DNA of 64,000 bases. Source: Trypanosoma brucei (taxonomy: Eukaryota). The notes below the pieces were generated by a model that saw only the letters and a list, made by a program, of their open reading frames with translations, did no database searches and had not been told where the DNA came from. Position 1 is the first letter of the stretch, and each line of letters starts with the position of its first letter. Position numbers and translations under genes: made by a program. Below are positions 20,556 to 30,332 of this stretch, in pieces. The stretch covers positions 832,001-896,000 of the forward strand of contig CM000207.1 of assembly GCA_000002445.1 (NCBI GenBank), written 5' to 3'.

Positions 20556-23348
20556 ATGTTCATGAACAAGCCCTTTGGCAGCAAGCGCTGCGAACCCTTC
20601 CACGAGTCGGAGCACCTTTGTGAGGCGTTTGCCATCACTGAAGCAATCCTCGCTCGCTATCAGCGTGGGAAACGCAGCTTTACGTCCTCCGAAAAAAGTG
20701 GACTGGCAGCCCTTATCAAACGTATTCCTTATGATATCCTTGTTGAGGTTCTCGATCAAAGCGGATTTACTCCAACAAGCAATGCAACACCCCCCGTTGA
20801 TTATTTAGCTATGATGGAGCACACAATGACGCACGGTGCGTCTATTACACACGCCCTGCAGTACCTTAACGATTTGATGACTAAGTGTACCGGGTGCCCG
20901 GGGATTCGTACATATTACCATAACCCCAATGATGACGTTCTGGCCGACCCCGTTCACGACACGGCAGCATTGATTGATGAAACAACAGCCGTGGGAAAGT
21001 CGGTTGTAACTAAACAGTACCTTAATATAGCTGGGGCTCACTACATACCCTTGATCCACGGAGATATTGTGGTTGGTTGTGTTGAGGTACCCCGCTTTTC
21101 GGGAAATCTTGAGGAGTTGCCATCATTCCCATCTCTCATAAGAGCTGTGACATGCACCGCACACAAATTCATTGAGGAAGCGAGAATCAACTGGAACAGG
21201 GAGAAGGCGGAAGCTATGTTGCAAATGGCGACCAGGTTGGCCCGTGACAATCTTGATGAAACAGTACTTGCATCTTCTATCATGAACACTGTCAAGAGTC
21301 TCACGGAAAGTGCACGTTGCAGTCTCTTCCTTGTGAAAGACGACAAGCTTGAAGCGCATTTTGAGGATGGTAACGTCGTTTCCATACCCAAGGGAACAGG
21401 CATTGTAGGGTATGTGGCGCAAACTGGTGAGACTGTTAATATTGTTGATGCCTACGCCGATGACCGCTTTAACCGTGAGGTTGACAAGGCTACTGGGTAC
21501 CGTACAAAGACGATACTCTGCATGCCTGTGATGTACGAAGGAACGATTGTGGCTGTAACCCAGCTGATTAATAAATTGGATCTGACAACTGAGAGTGGAT
21601 TGCGCCTACCTCGTGTGTTCGGAAAACGTGACGAGGAGCTGTTCCAAACCTTCTCTATGTTTGCTGGCGCCTCACTACGTAACTGTCGTATCAATGACCG
21701 ACTCTTAAAGGAGAAGAAAAAGAGTGACGTGATTCTCGATGTTGTTACTGTTCTCTCGAACACGGATATCCGCGATGTGGATGGTATTGTTCGCCACGCA
21801 CTGCACGGAGCAAAGAAACTACTGAACGCGGATCGCTCTACTTTGTTTTTGGTGGACAAGGAACGGAACGAACTTTGCAGTCGTATGGCAGATAGCGTTG
21901 CTGGTAAGGAGATTCGTTTTCCGTGTGGCCAAGGTATTGCGGGCACTGTGGCGGCATCTGGAGTTGGTGAGAATATTCAGGACGCGTACCAGGATCCGCG
22001 TTTCAACCGTGAGGTTGACAAACAACTTGGATACCGCACGCAGACCATATTGTGCGAGCCCATCATACTAAATGGTGAGATCCTTGCTGTCGTGCAGCTC
22101 GTGAACAAGCTTGATACGTCTGGAGAAGTGACTGTGTTTACCGAGGATGATCGTGAGACCTTCCGTGTGTTTTCCTTATTTGCAGGTATATCCATCAACA
22201 ACTCTCACCTGCTTGAGTTCGCTGTGAAAGCGGGTCGTGAGGTGATGGAATTAAATGAACACCGAGCAACATTGTTTAATAAGAACGTTCCCTCACGTGC
22301 GGTTAAACGAGTCACTGCCATTACGAAGGTTGAAAGGGAAGCGGTCTTGGTCTGTGAACTTCCATCGTTTGACGTTACGGATGTTGAGTTCGACTTGTTC
22401 CGAGCGCGTGATACTACGGATAAACCGTTGGATGTTGCTGCTGCTATTGCATACAGACTACTGCTTGGAAGCGGCCTTCCACAAAAGTTTGGTTGCTCTG
22501 ACGAGGTGCTTCTTAACTTCATTCTGCAATGCCGTAAGAAATACCGTAATGTCCCTTATCACAACTTTTACCATGTTGTGGATGTATGCCAAACCATTCA
22601 CACATTCTTGTACAGGGGAAATGTGTATGAGAAGTTAACCGAGCTTGAGTGCTTTGTGCTGCTTATCACCGCACTGGTGCATGATCTTGATCATATGGGG
22701 CTGAACAACAGTTTCTACCTGAAAACAGAATCTCCACTTGGTATTCTTTCCAGCGCAAGTGGTAACACCTCTGTTCTTGAGGTGCATCACTGCAACCTTG
22801 CTGTTGAGATCCTCTCTGATCCGGAATCTGATGTGTTTGGTGGTCTGGAGGGTGCAGAGCGTACTCTTGCGTTCCGATCGATGATTGATTGTGTACTTGC
22901 GACAGATATGGCGAAGCATGGAAGTGCATTAGAGGCGTTTCTTGCATCTGCGGCGGACCAGTCGTCAGACGAGGCGGCGTTTCACCGCATGACGATGGAG
23001 ATACTCTTGAAAGCTGGAGATATCTCTAACGTAACGAAACCGTTCGACATTTCCCGTCAGTGGGCAATGGCTGTGACGGAGGAGTTCTACCGTCAAGGAG
23101 ACATGGAGAAGGAGAGGGGTGTGGAAGTATTGCCCATGTTTGACCGATCTAAGAATATGGAGCTTGCAAAAGGTCAAATTGGATTCATTGACTTTGTCGC
23201 AGCCCCATTTTTCCAGAAGATAGTTGATGCCTGCCTGCAAGGGATGCAATGGACAGTCGACCGTATCAAATCGAACCGCGCACAGTGGGAGCGAGTTCTG
23301 GAAACAAGACTATCAACGAGTTCTGGCAACAACAGCAGTACTCGTTGA
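20556..23348 (+). CDS. PDEB1: cAMP-specific phosphodiesterase with tandem GAF-A and GAF-B domains and a class I PDE catalytic domain (PDEB1)
   Basis: Starting at MFMNKPFGS gives 930 aa, matching TbrPDEB1. Two GAF domains are present (GIVGYVAQTGETVNIVDAYADDRFN and GIAGTVAASGVGENIQDAYQDPRFN). The catalytic domain carries the PDE metal-binding signature YHNFYHVVDVCQ...LLITALVHDLDHMGLNN. It is the upstream copy of a tandem pair. Confidence 0.9.
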   Translation: MFMNKPFGSKRCEPFHESEHLCEAFAITEAILARYQRGKRSFTSSEKSGLAALIKRIPYDILVEVLDQSGFTPTSNATPPVDYLAMMEHTMTHGASITHALQYLNDLMTKCTGCPGIRTYYHNPNDDVLADPVHDTAALIDETTAVGKSVVTKQYLNIAGAHYIPLIHGDIVVGCVEVPRFSGNLEELPSFPSLIRAVTCTAHKFIEEARINWNREKAEAMLQMATRLARDNLDETVLASSIMNTVKSLTESARCSLFLVKDDKLEAHFEDGNVVSIPKGTGIVGYVAQTGETVNIVDAYADDRFNREVDKATGYRTKTILCMPVMYEGTIVAVTQLINKLDLTTESGLRLPRVFGKRDEELFQTFSMFAGASLRNCRINDRLLKEKKKSDVILDVVTVLSNTDIRDVDGIVRHALHGAKKLLNADRSTLFLVDKERNELCSRMADSVAGKEIRFPCGQGIAGTVAASGVGENIQDAYQDPRFNREVDKQLGYRTQTILCEPIILNGEILAVVQLVNKLDTSGEVTVFTEDDRETFRVFSLFAGISINNSHLLEFAVKAGREVMELNEHRATLFNKNVPSRAVKRVTAITKVEREAVLVCELPSFDVTDVEFDLFRARDTTDKPLDVAAAIAYRLLLGSGLPQKFGCSDEVLLNFILQCRKKYRNVPYHNFYHVVDVCQTIHTFLYRGNVYEKLTELECFVLLITALVHDLDHMGLNNSFYLKTESPLGILSSASGNTSVLEVHHCNLAVEILSDPESDVFGGLEGAERTLAFRSMIDCVLATDMAKHGSALEAFLASAADQSSDEAAFHRMTMEILLKAGDISNVTKPFDISRQWAMAVTEEFYRQGDMEKERGVEVLPMFDRSKNMELAKGQIGFIDFVAAPFFQKIVDACLQGMQWTVDRIKSNRAQWERVLETRLSTSSGNNSSTR
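21240..23300 (+). repeat. Tandem-duplicated segment, copy 1 (PDEB1, GAF-B to catalytic domain). It is nearly identical at the DNA level to 26411-28471.
   Basis: Long runs of identical nucleotides shared with copy 2 at a constant offset of 5171 nt. Identity is broken by short divergent patches at about 22300-22420 and 22900-22990 and at the 3' end. The same antisense ORFs appear in both copies as a by-product. Confidence 0.9.
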
Positions 23349-24412
23349 GTGAAATTGAAGAAGTCAGTTGACCGGTGGTAGATGTACGTTCTTGTCAATG
23401 GTGATTTGACTGTGTATTTAAAAAGTGAAATGGAGTTCTGGGAGTACTGTAGTGGATGTGAACACTATCACAATCAAATATTTTCCATGCCTACAGATAT
23501 ACATGATACGTTTGGTACGTGGGTTGCCTTCACGGAAGTATGTACAAATCTTACCAATTTTACCCCCTTGTTTTTTATCTTTTATTGAGTGGTTTCTCTG
23601 TTGTTTTGATTGAGCATGTTTGGAGGTGCAAAGAATTTTTTCCCCCTCCTTTTTTTTCTTTTTTCATTCTGTGTCTTGATCAATATAATTTGGGGTGTTT
23701 CCCCCATGTATATTTTATTTGGATACTGGGAGGGATGCATTTTTTTTCTTTTTTCTTCTTTGGTCTTACTTTGGTTTTTCTAATTTTTTGGGAACTTTGT
23801 ACTGCATGGGTAGCTGACCTCTTAACGCCTACCCATGCGAGACTCCTATCTCTTCTCCCCTGTTTCCCCGTCGCATGGAAGGGAAATGAAGTTGGCTGCA
23901 CCAATTTTTTCTTCCCTCCTTTTCATTCCTATCGCAGTATTTTTTTTTTTTTTGCTGCAGGGAGGTGTAAGAGGGAGTTGTGGCGGTACAGAGTTTCATT
24001 CGAAAAGAACTGCAGTTGGAACGGTAGAGAAGAGGAGGAAGAAGGATATTTGTTTGTGGCAGCGGCAGTGGGAACCGCAACAGGTAAATGGGGGTAATGG
24101 AGGTATAATATGGAAGAAGGAGTGCATATCTTTGTGTTATTTATTCTTGTGCCCTTTTGTTTTTTTTATTGTAGGCATGGATGAGTTGTTGTCGTCATTA
24201 CTCACTTCACCATCGCAACTGCCATTAAATTTTTTTTTTGTAATTTTGTCTTTTTTTTTTCTTTCTTTACCAGTGGGGGAATATTGTGCATGTTGTTGTC
24301 AACGGCCCTGCAGCATACACATGCATGGATGTTTGTATAAAGTCTGAAGTGTGTGACCCTTTGATGTTTCCACCAGGATCGTGACATCCTACCTGATTGC
24401 ATCCGTTGTGCG

Positions 24413-24433
24413 TATATATATATATATATATAT
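24413..24433. repeat. (TA)n microsatellite
   Basis: Direct read of tatatatatatatatatatat in the PDEB1-PDEB2 spacer. Confidence 0.95.
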
Positions 24434-25470
24434 GTTTATACGTTTACACTGCGGTTGTGTGACATTTTATCCCCCTTTAGGGGGTGTTTCTTCCTTTATT
24501 TTACTACCGCAATCCCGTGGTTTCGTCCTTGTAAGGTTCCCTTTGTCGTCTAACTTACAGGTTGGTAGAGGCGGGACAGGGAGAGAAGTATTCGATTTTT
24601 TTTTTGGTGCTTCTCGGCTACAGGCTGCGTATCTGGTTCTATATTTTTGTTCTTTCTTTCCGTGTGGCACCGCAAAAGGTGTAAGTACCAACGGGAGGAG
24701 GCTGGAATCAACGAGGTGTGAGTTATATATGTATATATTGAATATGTGAGTAGTGGAGAGAAGAGAGAAAAGTAAGCAAGCAATCAAACCTGTAAAGAGG
24801 AGATAAAAGGAAAAAAAAATGTAAGGGAAAAAGAGAGCAAATATGCGGCAAATTTGGCGCGATCCAATGCGTGTATTTTTATTGTTGTTATCCTTTCCCT
24901 TTTGTCTGCACCACTACGCTTCTTGCACGAGCAGCACGGTCTTTACTGCAATTTCACTCCTTTGTTATAGTTTGTTATTCCTTCCTTTATTGAGGGAAGT
25001 GGGATTGACCAACCACTACCTCTCGCGCGTAGGAGGAGGAAAACAACAGGTTAACAATGAGGGGAAAACAAGTGGAGGGGATCATGACTACGGGAAAGGA
25101 AAGAGAACAGGATATTAAACACTAAATGCAACGCATGCAACGTTGCAACTCCTCGCAAATGTTTTTACTTCCTAATGAAATGTGGGAAGTGTTTGTGTGC
25201 ATGGCGGCAATGTACATGACAGAATAAAGCCAAGGATGTGCGCGGAGAGGAATAAAGGGGGATATATGAAAAGGAGCAAATAAAGGGTGTTTGACGATTT
25301 ACAACGTACTGTCTCCTCATATTGGTAGCAGTTTTGTTTGATTGTTATTTATTAATTTGATACTTGGCGGATGCCTTCCGTTACAACCATCAGTTTGCGG
25401 ATGGCAGTCACTACTGCCCATGTACACGTGTGGAGCACCTGCGCCGTTAGGTACGAGAAGGCAACTGAGT

Positions 25471-25600
25471 TTTTACACCCATTATTCCACCCTCTTCTAA
25501 GCATTCACCCACTAACTTTTCTCCTTTCGCCCTATTTCTCTTTGTTAATTGTTATGCATTTCGCATGTCGTGAGGCTTGTTTTCTGCCGTCGGTTAGGTA
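25471..25600 (+). promoter_or_regulatory. Polypyrimidine tract, the presumed trans-splicing signal for PDEB2
   Basis: A CT-rich stretch (ccaccctcttctaagcattcacccactaacttttctcctttcgccctatttctctttgtt...) about 130-250 nt upstream of the PDEB2 ATG. Confidence 0.5.
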
Positions 25601-25726
25601 AACTACGTCTGTTGGGCACAGAGATCAAGTGCTAGCACAAATACAGATATAAGTGCGCACAGGGAGAGAGAGAGAGGGACTGCTTCCCCCTTTGCAGATC
25701 CAGATAGCTGGGAAAGACAGAGACAG

Positions 25727-28504
25727 ATGACACACAACGGTGGTCGTCATCTGCTTGAGGCGGTTACGCTATGCGGGTCCATTCTTACCCGCTATAAGCG
25801 GAGCAACATGAAGCTCGACGAAGCTGAGGTAAGGGCATTAAAGGAGTTATTCGAGAAGTATCAAGATATCCTCGTGGATGGATCCCCTGGTTTGCCCACC
25901 CACGCTAGCGGGCCCATGATCCAGCCTCCCGTTACAAACATGGTCGCCCCTTATGATTCCCCCACGGATACTATAGTGAAGTTCGTTGAAGGAACGATAA
26001 ACCTGCAGAGACCAATTGTTGAGGTCCTTCACGTTATGAACGAGCATTTGTCCCTTGTCCTTCGCGCAAAGAACACTCATGTCTTTTATGTCGACCCCGT
26101 TAATAACCTGTTATACGACCCTATTCACGGGGTGGCCGCTGCACTCGATGAATCGTCACCAATAGGAAAGGCCATAGTTTCGGGTGAGCGGCTTAACGTA
26201 GCGGGGACACTATATATACCCATCATCTCCGAGGGGATGCCGTTGGGTTGCGTACTGAGTCCTTGTGGAAGGGCAGATTACCACGCCTCTACGATGCTTG
26301 AGTCATCACTCCGTGTTATTTCCACATCCCTCAAAAACATCATTCAGGCAGAGAAACTAAACTGGAACAAAGAAAAGGCGGAGGCTATGCTCCGGATGGC
26401 AACGCAGCTGGCCCGTGACAATCTTGAAGAAACAGTACTCGCATCTTCTATCATGAACACTGTCAAGAGTCTCACGGAAAGTGCGCGTTGCAGTCTCTTC
26501 CTTGTCAGGGGTGACGTTCTTGAAGCGCATTTTGAGGATGGTAACGTTGTTACAATCCCTAGGGGTGCAGGTATTGCCGGATATGTGGCGCAAACTGGTG
26601 AGACTGTTAATATTGTTGATGCCTACGCCGATGACCGCTTTAACCGTGAGGTTGACAAGGCTACTGGGTACCGTACAAAGACGATACTCTGCATGCCTGT
26701 GATGTACGAAGGAACGATTGTGGCTGTTGCCCAACTGATTAATAAATTGGATCTGACAACTGAGAGTGGATTGCGCCTACCTCGTGTGTTCGGAAGGCGT
26801 GATGAGGAGCTGTTCCAAACCTTCTCTATGTTTGCTGGCGCCTCACTACGTAACTGTCGTATCAACGACCGACTCTTAAAGGAGAAGAAAAAGAGTGACG
26901 TGATTCTCGATGTTGTTACTGTTCTCTCGAACACGGATATCCGCGATGTGGATGGTATTGTTCGCCACGCACTGCACGGAGCAAAGAAACTACTGAACGC
27001 GGATCGCTCTACTTTGTTTTTGGTGGACAAGGAACGGAACGAACTTTGCAGTCGTATGGCAGATAGCGTTGCTGGTAAGGAGATTCGTTTTCCGTGTGGC
27101 CAAGGTATTGCGGGCACTGTGGCGGCATCTGGAGTTGGTGAGAATATTCAGGACGCGTACCAGGATCCGCGTTTCAACCGTGAGGTTGACAAACAACTTG
27201 GATACCGCACGCAGGCCATATTGTGCGAGCCCATCATACTAAATGGTGAGATCCTTGCTGTCGTGCAGCTCGTGAACAAGCTTGATTCATCTGGAGAAGT
27301 GACTGTGTTTACCGAGGATGATCGTGACACCTTCCGTGTGTTTTCCTTATTTGCAGGTATATCCATCAACAACTCTCACCTGCTTGAGTTCGCTGTGAAG
27401 GCGGGTCGTGAGGTGATGGAATTAAATGAACACCGAGCAACATTGTTTAATAAGAACGTTCCCTCACGTGGAGTTAAACGAGTCACTGCCATCACAAATA
27501 GAGAAAGGGAGGCTGTGCTACGTATTGAGTTCCCCAACGTGGACGTTACGGATATTGACTTCGACTTGTTCCAGGCACGTGAAAGTACAGATAAACCGTT
27601 GGATGTTGCTGCTGCTATTGCATACAGACTACTGCTTGGAAGCGGCCTTCCACAAAAGTTTGGTTGCTCTGACGAGGTGCTTCTTAACTTCATTCTGCAA
27701 TGCCGTAAGAAATACCGTAATGTCCCTTATCACAACTTTTACCATGTTGTGGATGTATGCCAAACCATTTACACATTCTTGTACAGGGGAAATGTGTATG
27801 AGAAGTTAACCGAGCTTGAGTGCTTTGTGCTGCTTATCACCGCACTGGTGCATGATCTTGATCATATGGGGCTGAACAACAGTTTCTACCTGAAAACAGA
27901 ATCTCCACTTGGTATTCTTTCCAGCGCAAGTGGTAACAAGTCTGTTCTTGAGGTGCATCACTGCAACCTTGCTGTTGAGATCCTCTCTGATCCGGAATCT
28001 GATGTGTTTGGTGGTCTGGAGGGTGCAGAGCGTACTCTTGCGTTCCGATCGATGATTGATTGTGTACTTGCGACAGATATGGCGAGACATAGTGAATTTC
28101 TTGAGAAGTACCTAGAGCTTATGAAAACATCTTACAACGTTGATGATTCCGATCATCGGCAAATGACAATGGATGTGCTTATGAAAGCTGGAGATATCTC
28201 TAACGTAACGAAACCGTTCGACATTTCCCGTCAGTGGGCAATGGCTGTGACGGAGGAGTTCTACCGTCAAGGAGACATGGAAAAGGAGAGGGGTGTGGAA
28301 GTATTGCCCATGTTTGACCGATCTAAGAATATGGAGCTTGCAAAAGGTCAAATTGGATTCATTGACTTTGTCGCAGCCCCATTTTTCCAGAAGATAGTTG
28401 ATGCCTGCCTGCAAGGGATGCAATGGACAGTCGACCGTACAAAGTCGAACCGCGCACAGTGGGAGCGAGTTCTGGAAGCAAGGAGTACAGGGGCTTCGTC
28501 TTAG
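25727..28504 (+). CDS. PDEB2: cAMP-specific phosphodiesterase with tandem GAF domains and a PDE catalytic domain (PDEB2), the downstream tandem paralogue
   Basis: 925 aa, matching TbrPDEB2. The N-terminal GAF-A region differs from the upstream copy. From about residue 210 onward the nucleotide sequence is nearly identical to PDEB1 apart from short mosaic patches. It carries the same YHNFYHVVDVCQ...HDLDHMG catalytic signature. Confidence 0.9.
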   Translation: MTHNGGRHLLEAVTLCGSILTRYKRSNMKLDEAEVRALKELFEKYQDILVDGSPGLPTHASGPMIQPPVTNMVAPYDSPTDTIVKFVEGTINLQRPIVEVLHVMNEHLSLVLRAKNTHVFYVDPVNNLLYDPIHGVAAALDESSPIGKAIVSGERLNVAGTLYIPIISEGMPLGCVLSPCGRADYHASTMLESSLRVISTSLKNIIQAEKLNWNKEKAEAMLRMATQLARDNLEETVLASSIMNTVKSLTESARCSLFLVRGDVLEAHFEDGNVVTIPRGAGIAGYVAQTGETVNIVDAYADDRFNREVDKATGYRTKTILCMPVMYEGTIVAVAQLINKLDLTTESGLRLPRVFGRRDEELFQTFSMFAGASLRNCRINDRLLKEKKKSDVILDVVTVLSNTDIRDVDGIVRHALHGAKKLLNADRSTLFLVDKERNELCSRMADSVAGKEIRFPCGQGIAGTVAASGVGENIQDAYQDPRFNREVDKQLGYRTQAILCEPIILNGEILAVVQLVNKLDSSGEVTVFTEDDRDTFRVFSLFAGISINNSHLLEFAVKAGREVMELNEHRATLFNKNVPSRGVKRVTAITNREREAVLRIEFPNVDVTDIDFDLFQARESTDKPLDVAAAIAYRLLLGSGLPQKFGCSDEVLLNFILQCRKKYRNVPYHNFYHVVDVCQTIYTFLYRGNVYEKLTELECFVLLITALVHDLDHMGLNNSFYLKTESPLGILSSASGNKSVLEVHHCNLAVEILSDPESDVFGGLEGAERTLAFRSMIDCVLATDMARHSEFLEKYLELMKTSYNVDDSDHRQMTMDVLMKAGDISNVTKPFDISRQWAMAVTEEFYRQGDMEKERGVEVLPMFDRSKNMELAKGQIGFIDFVAAPFFQKIVDACLQGMQWTVDRTKSNRAQWERVLEARSTGASS
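26411..28471 (+). repeat. Tandem-duplicated segment, copy 2 (PDEB2)
   Basis: See copy 1. Matching blocks include 26411-27470 against 21240-22299 and 27590-28070 against 22419-22899. Confidence 0.9.
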
Positions 28505-29527
28505 GCGGAAGGTTAATAATCGTGAGCCTGGTTGACGAAGATAGGCCACTTACCTTATCTAATGTTGCAGAGTGCAACACCGTAAAACCTTTTTGGCAGT
28601 GGTGATATGACGTTGAAAGAGGGTGCCAAATCTACTTGCGTTGACATACCCATGTATTTGCACTCTGTCGTTAATTTTACGGTGTGTTTGTGTCCCCGTT
28701 TTGCCAAATAGCTAGTTATTGTTTCAATTTGTAAGTAAGTTTGGTGATGTTCTTCTTTATGCCTGTCTATAATCTTTCGTTTTGTTGTTTTGATTTTTTT
28801 TCCTTAGCATATTGACTTTTTTACCTCTCTTCCCTCTCTGTCTTCGTACATGTCCCTTCTATCTGCTTTGTCCCTCCATCTCATAATTCTGTTTTTTTAT
28901 TGGTTTATTTTGCTTTTTTTTTTCATTATCTTTATCATTTTAATCATCATCATCATGACAAAAATGTCTCCTTACACTGTGCACCTTGCCTTGTGGTGAT
29001 TTGCTTGGTTCCGTATCAAAGGGTATTTACTCTGTCATGCACTTTTGTATGCCTTATGAGCACCATCGAGTTCGCTCCTTGTTTGCGCGTCGATGCGCAT
29101 GCTTAGCTTTGTGCATATATATCTGCTTGTTTATGTATATATCTTTTTCTGGACACGTGATGTACTGTGCCTTTTCTGTGTTTTTTTTTGAGATTTAATT
29201 ATGTAGATATACCCAGATATAAATATTTCCGTATGTTTGTATATATGTTGTGGTGGAGGGAAGGGGCAGTGAGCCATGTGATAAAACGGGATAAACGATA
29301 AAAGAAAAAGTGATGAGAAGGGGAAGGAGATAGAGGATAGGAGAAAAGGGGAAGAGGAAAAAAGGGGGATGGGGGTGGGCAATACTATTAGGGTTTGTTT
29401 CCGCGGGTTAGGGTCGGAGAGGGTGAAGGAGATAAGAAAGCAACTTGGGAATGGGGACGCAGTGTCACAAATTTTTATTTGCTCATTCCTTGGCCTTTAT
29501 AGGCGCTGCTGTTTTACTTCCTTTTCC

Positions 29528-29593
29528 GTGTCTGTGTCTGTGTGTGTTTCTTCGCGTGTCTACGTGCGTGTGTATGTGTGTCTGTGTGCGTGC
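29528..29593. repeat. Imperfect GT-rich (TGTG/CGTG) tract
   Basis: Direct read of ccgtgtctgtgtctgtgtgtgtttcttcgcgtgtctacgtgcgtgtgtatgtgtgtctgtgtgcgtgc in the PDEB2-SNU13 spacer. Confidence 0.85.
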
Positions 29594-29951
29594 TTTTGGA
29601 TCGGCAACTGGCATTCTCTCCAGAAAGCCACACCTCTTTTTCCTTTTTGTACTGATGATATGTAATGTTTTATCTATGTTTTCAATTGCTTGATTCTAAG
29701 CTCACCTGCAGCACTCCTTTAATAGGTGATGTGCGGAAAGATATTTAACTCTTACCCTATTAAACAATAGACTCATTTTGTCACTGTTGCCGCACTGTCT
29801 ATTTTCTTCTTCTTCTTCCTTTTTGTATTCGCCAATAATACTTTCACGTACCCGCATAAACTTATGTGTCTGTGTGTGTACGCGTCCGTGCGAATCTCAC
29901 ATTTCTATCAAACATTATTGCTTGCAAGGTGCATATCTAACGTTTATCGCG

Positions 29952-30332
29952 ATGACGGCTGAAATCAGCGAAAAGGCTTTCCCTCTTGCTGGCGATCGCC
30001 TCACGCAGACCATCCTGGACATAGTACAGGAAGCCAGTAATGCAAAGATGATTAAGAAGGGAGCCAATGAGGCCACGAAGGCGCTCAACCGTGGTATTGC
30101 GGACCTGATCGTGCTTGCGGGCGATACGAACCCTATCGAGATCCTTCTTCACCTCCCGCTTCTATGCGAAGACAAAAATGTGCCGTACGTGTTTGTTCCC
30201 TCAAAGACGGCATTAGGGCGCGCGGCGCAAGTGTCACGGAATGCGGTGGCTCTAGCGATCCTCCAGATGGAGAACAGCCCCATTTCGGCTAAGATACAGG
30301 CGGTTAAATTGGAGATTGAACGGCTCCTGTAG
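29952..30332 (+). CDS. SNU13: Snu13 / 15.5K (NHP2L1), an L7Ae-family K-turn RNA-binding protein found in U4 snRNP and box C/D snoRNPs
   Basis: The 126-aa product [91 protein letters not shown] aligns almost residue-for-residue with human NHP2L1 ([20 protein letters not shown]...[56 protein letters not shown]). Confidence 0.85.
   Translation: [126 protein letters not shown]

Noticed and set aside
21452-21946. A 164-aa minus-strand ORF inside PDEB1, duplicated almost exactly at 26623-27117 inside PDEB2. Further antisense ORF pairs lie at 21819-22025/26990-27196, 21977-22201/27148-27372 and 22205-22522/27376-27693.
   Set aside because: They are antisense to a strongly supported, highly conserved PDE coding sequence. 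Their duplication is a by-product of the PDEB1/PDEB2 tandem repeat, and their composition is Ser/Arg-rich with no motifs.
23519-24097. A 192-aa + strand ORF and neighbouring ORFs in the PDEB1-PDEB2 spacer
   Set aside because: Their translations are dominated by Phe/Leu/Pro runs (FFFFGLTLVFLIF...), meaning they are read-through of polypyrimidine tracts. They are typical UTR/spacer sequence.
29528-29593. Regularly spaced GTGT/CGTG units that might suggest a CRISPR-like or tandem-repeat array
   Set aside because: This is a simple imperfect dinucleotide microsatellite. It has no repeat-spacer periodicity, and the genome is eukaryotic.
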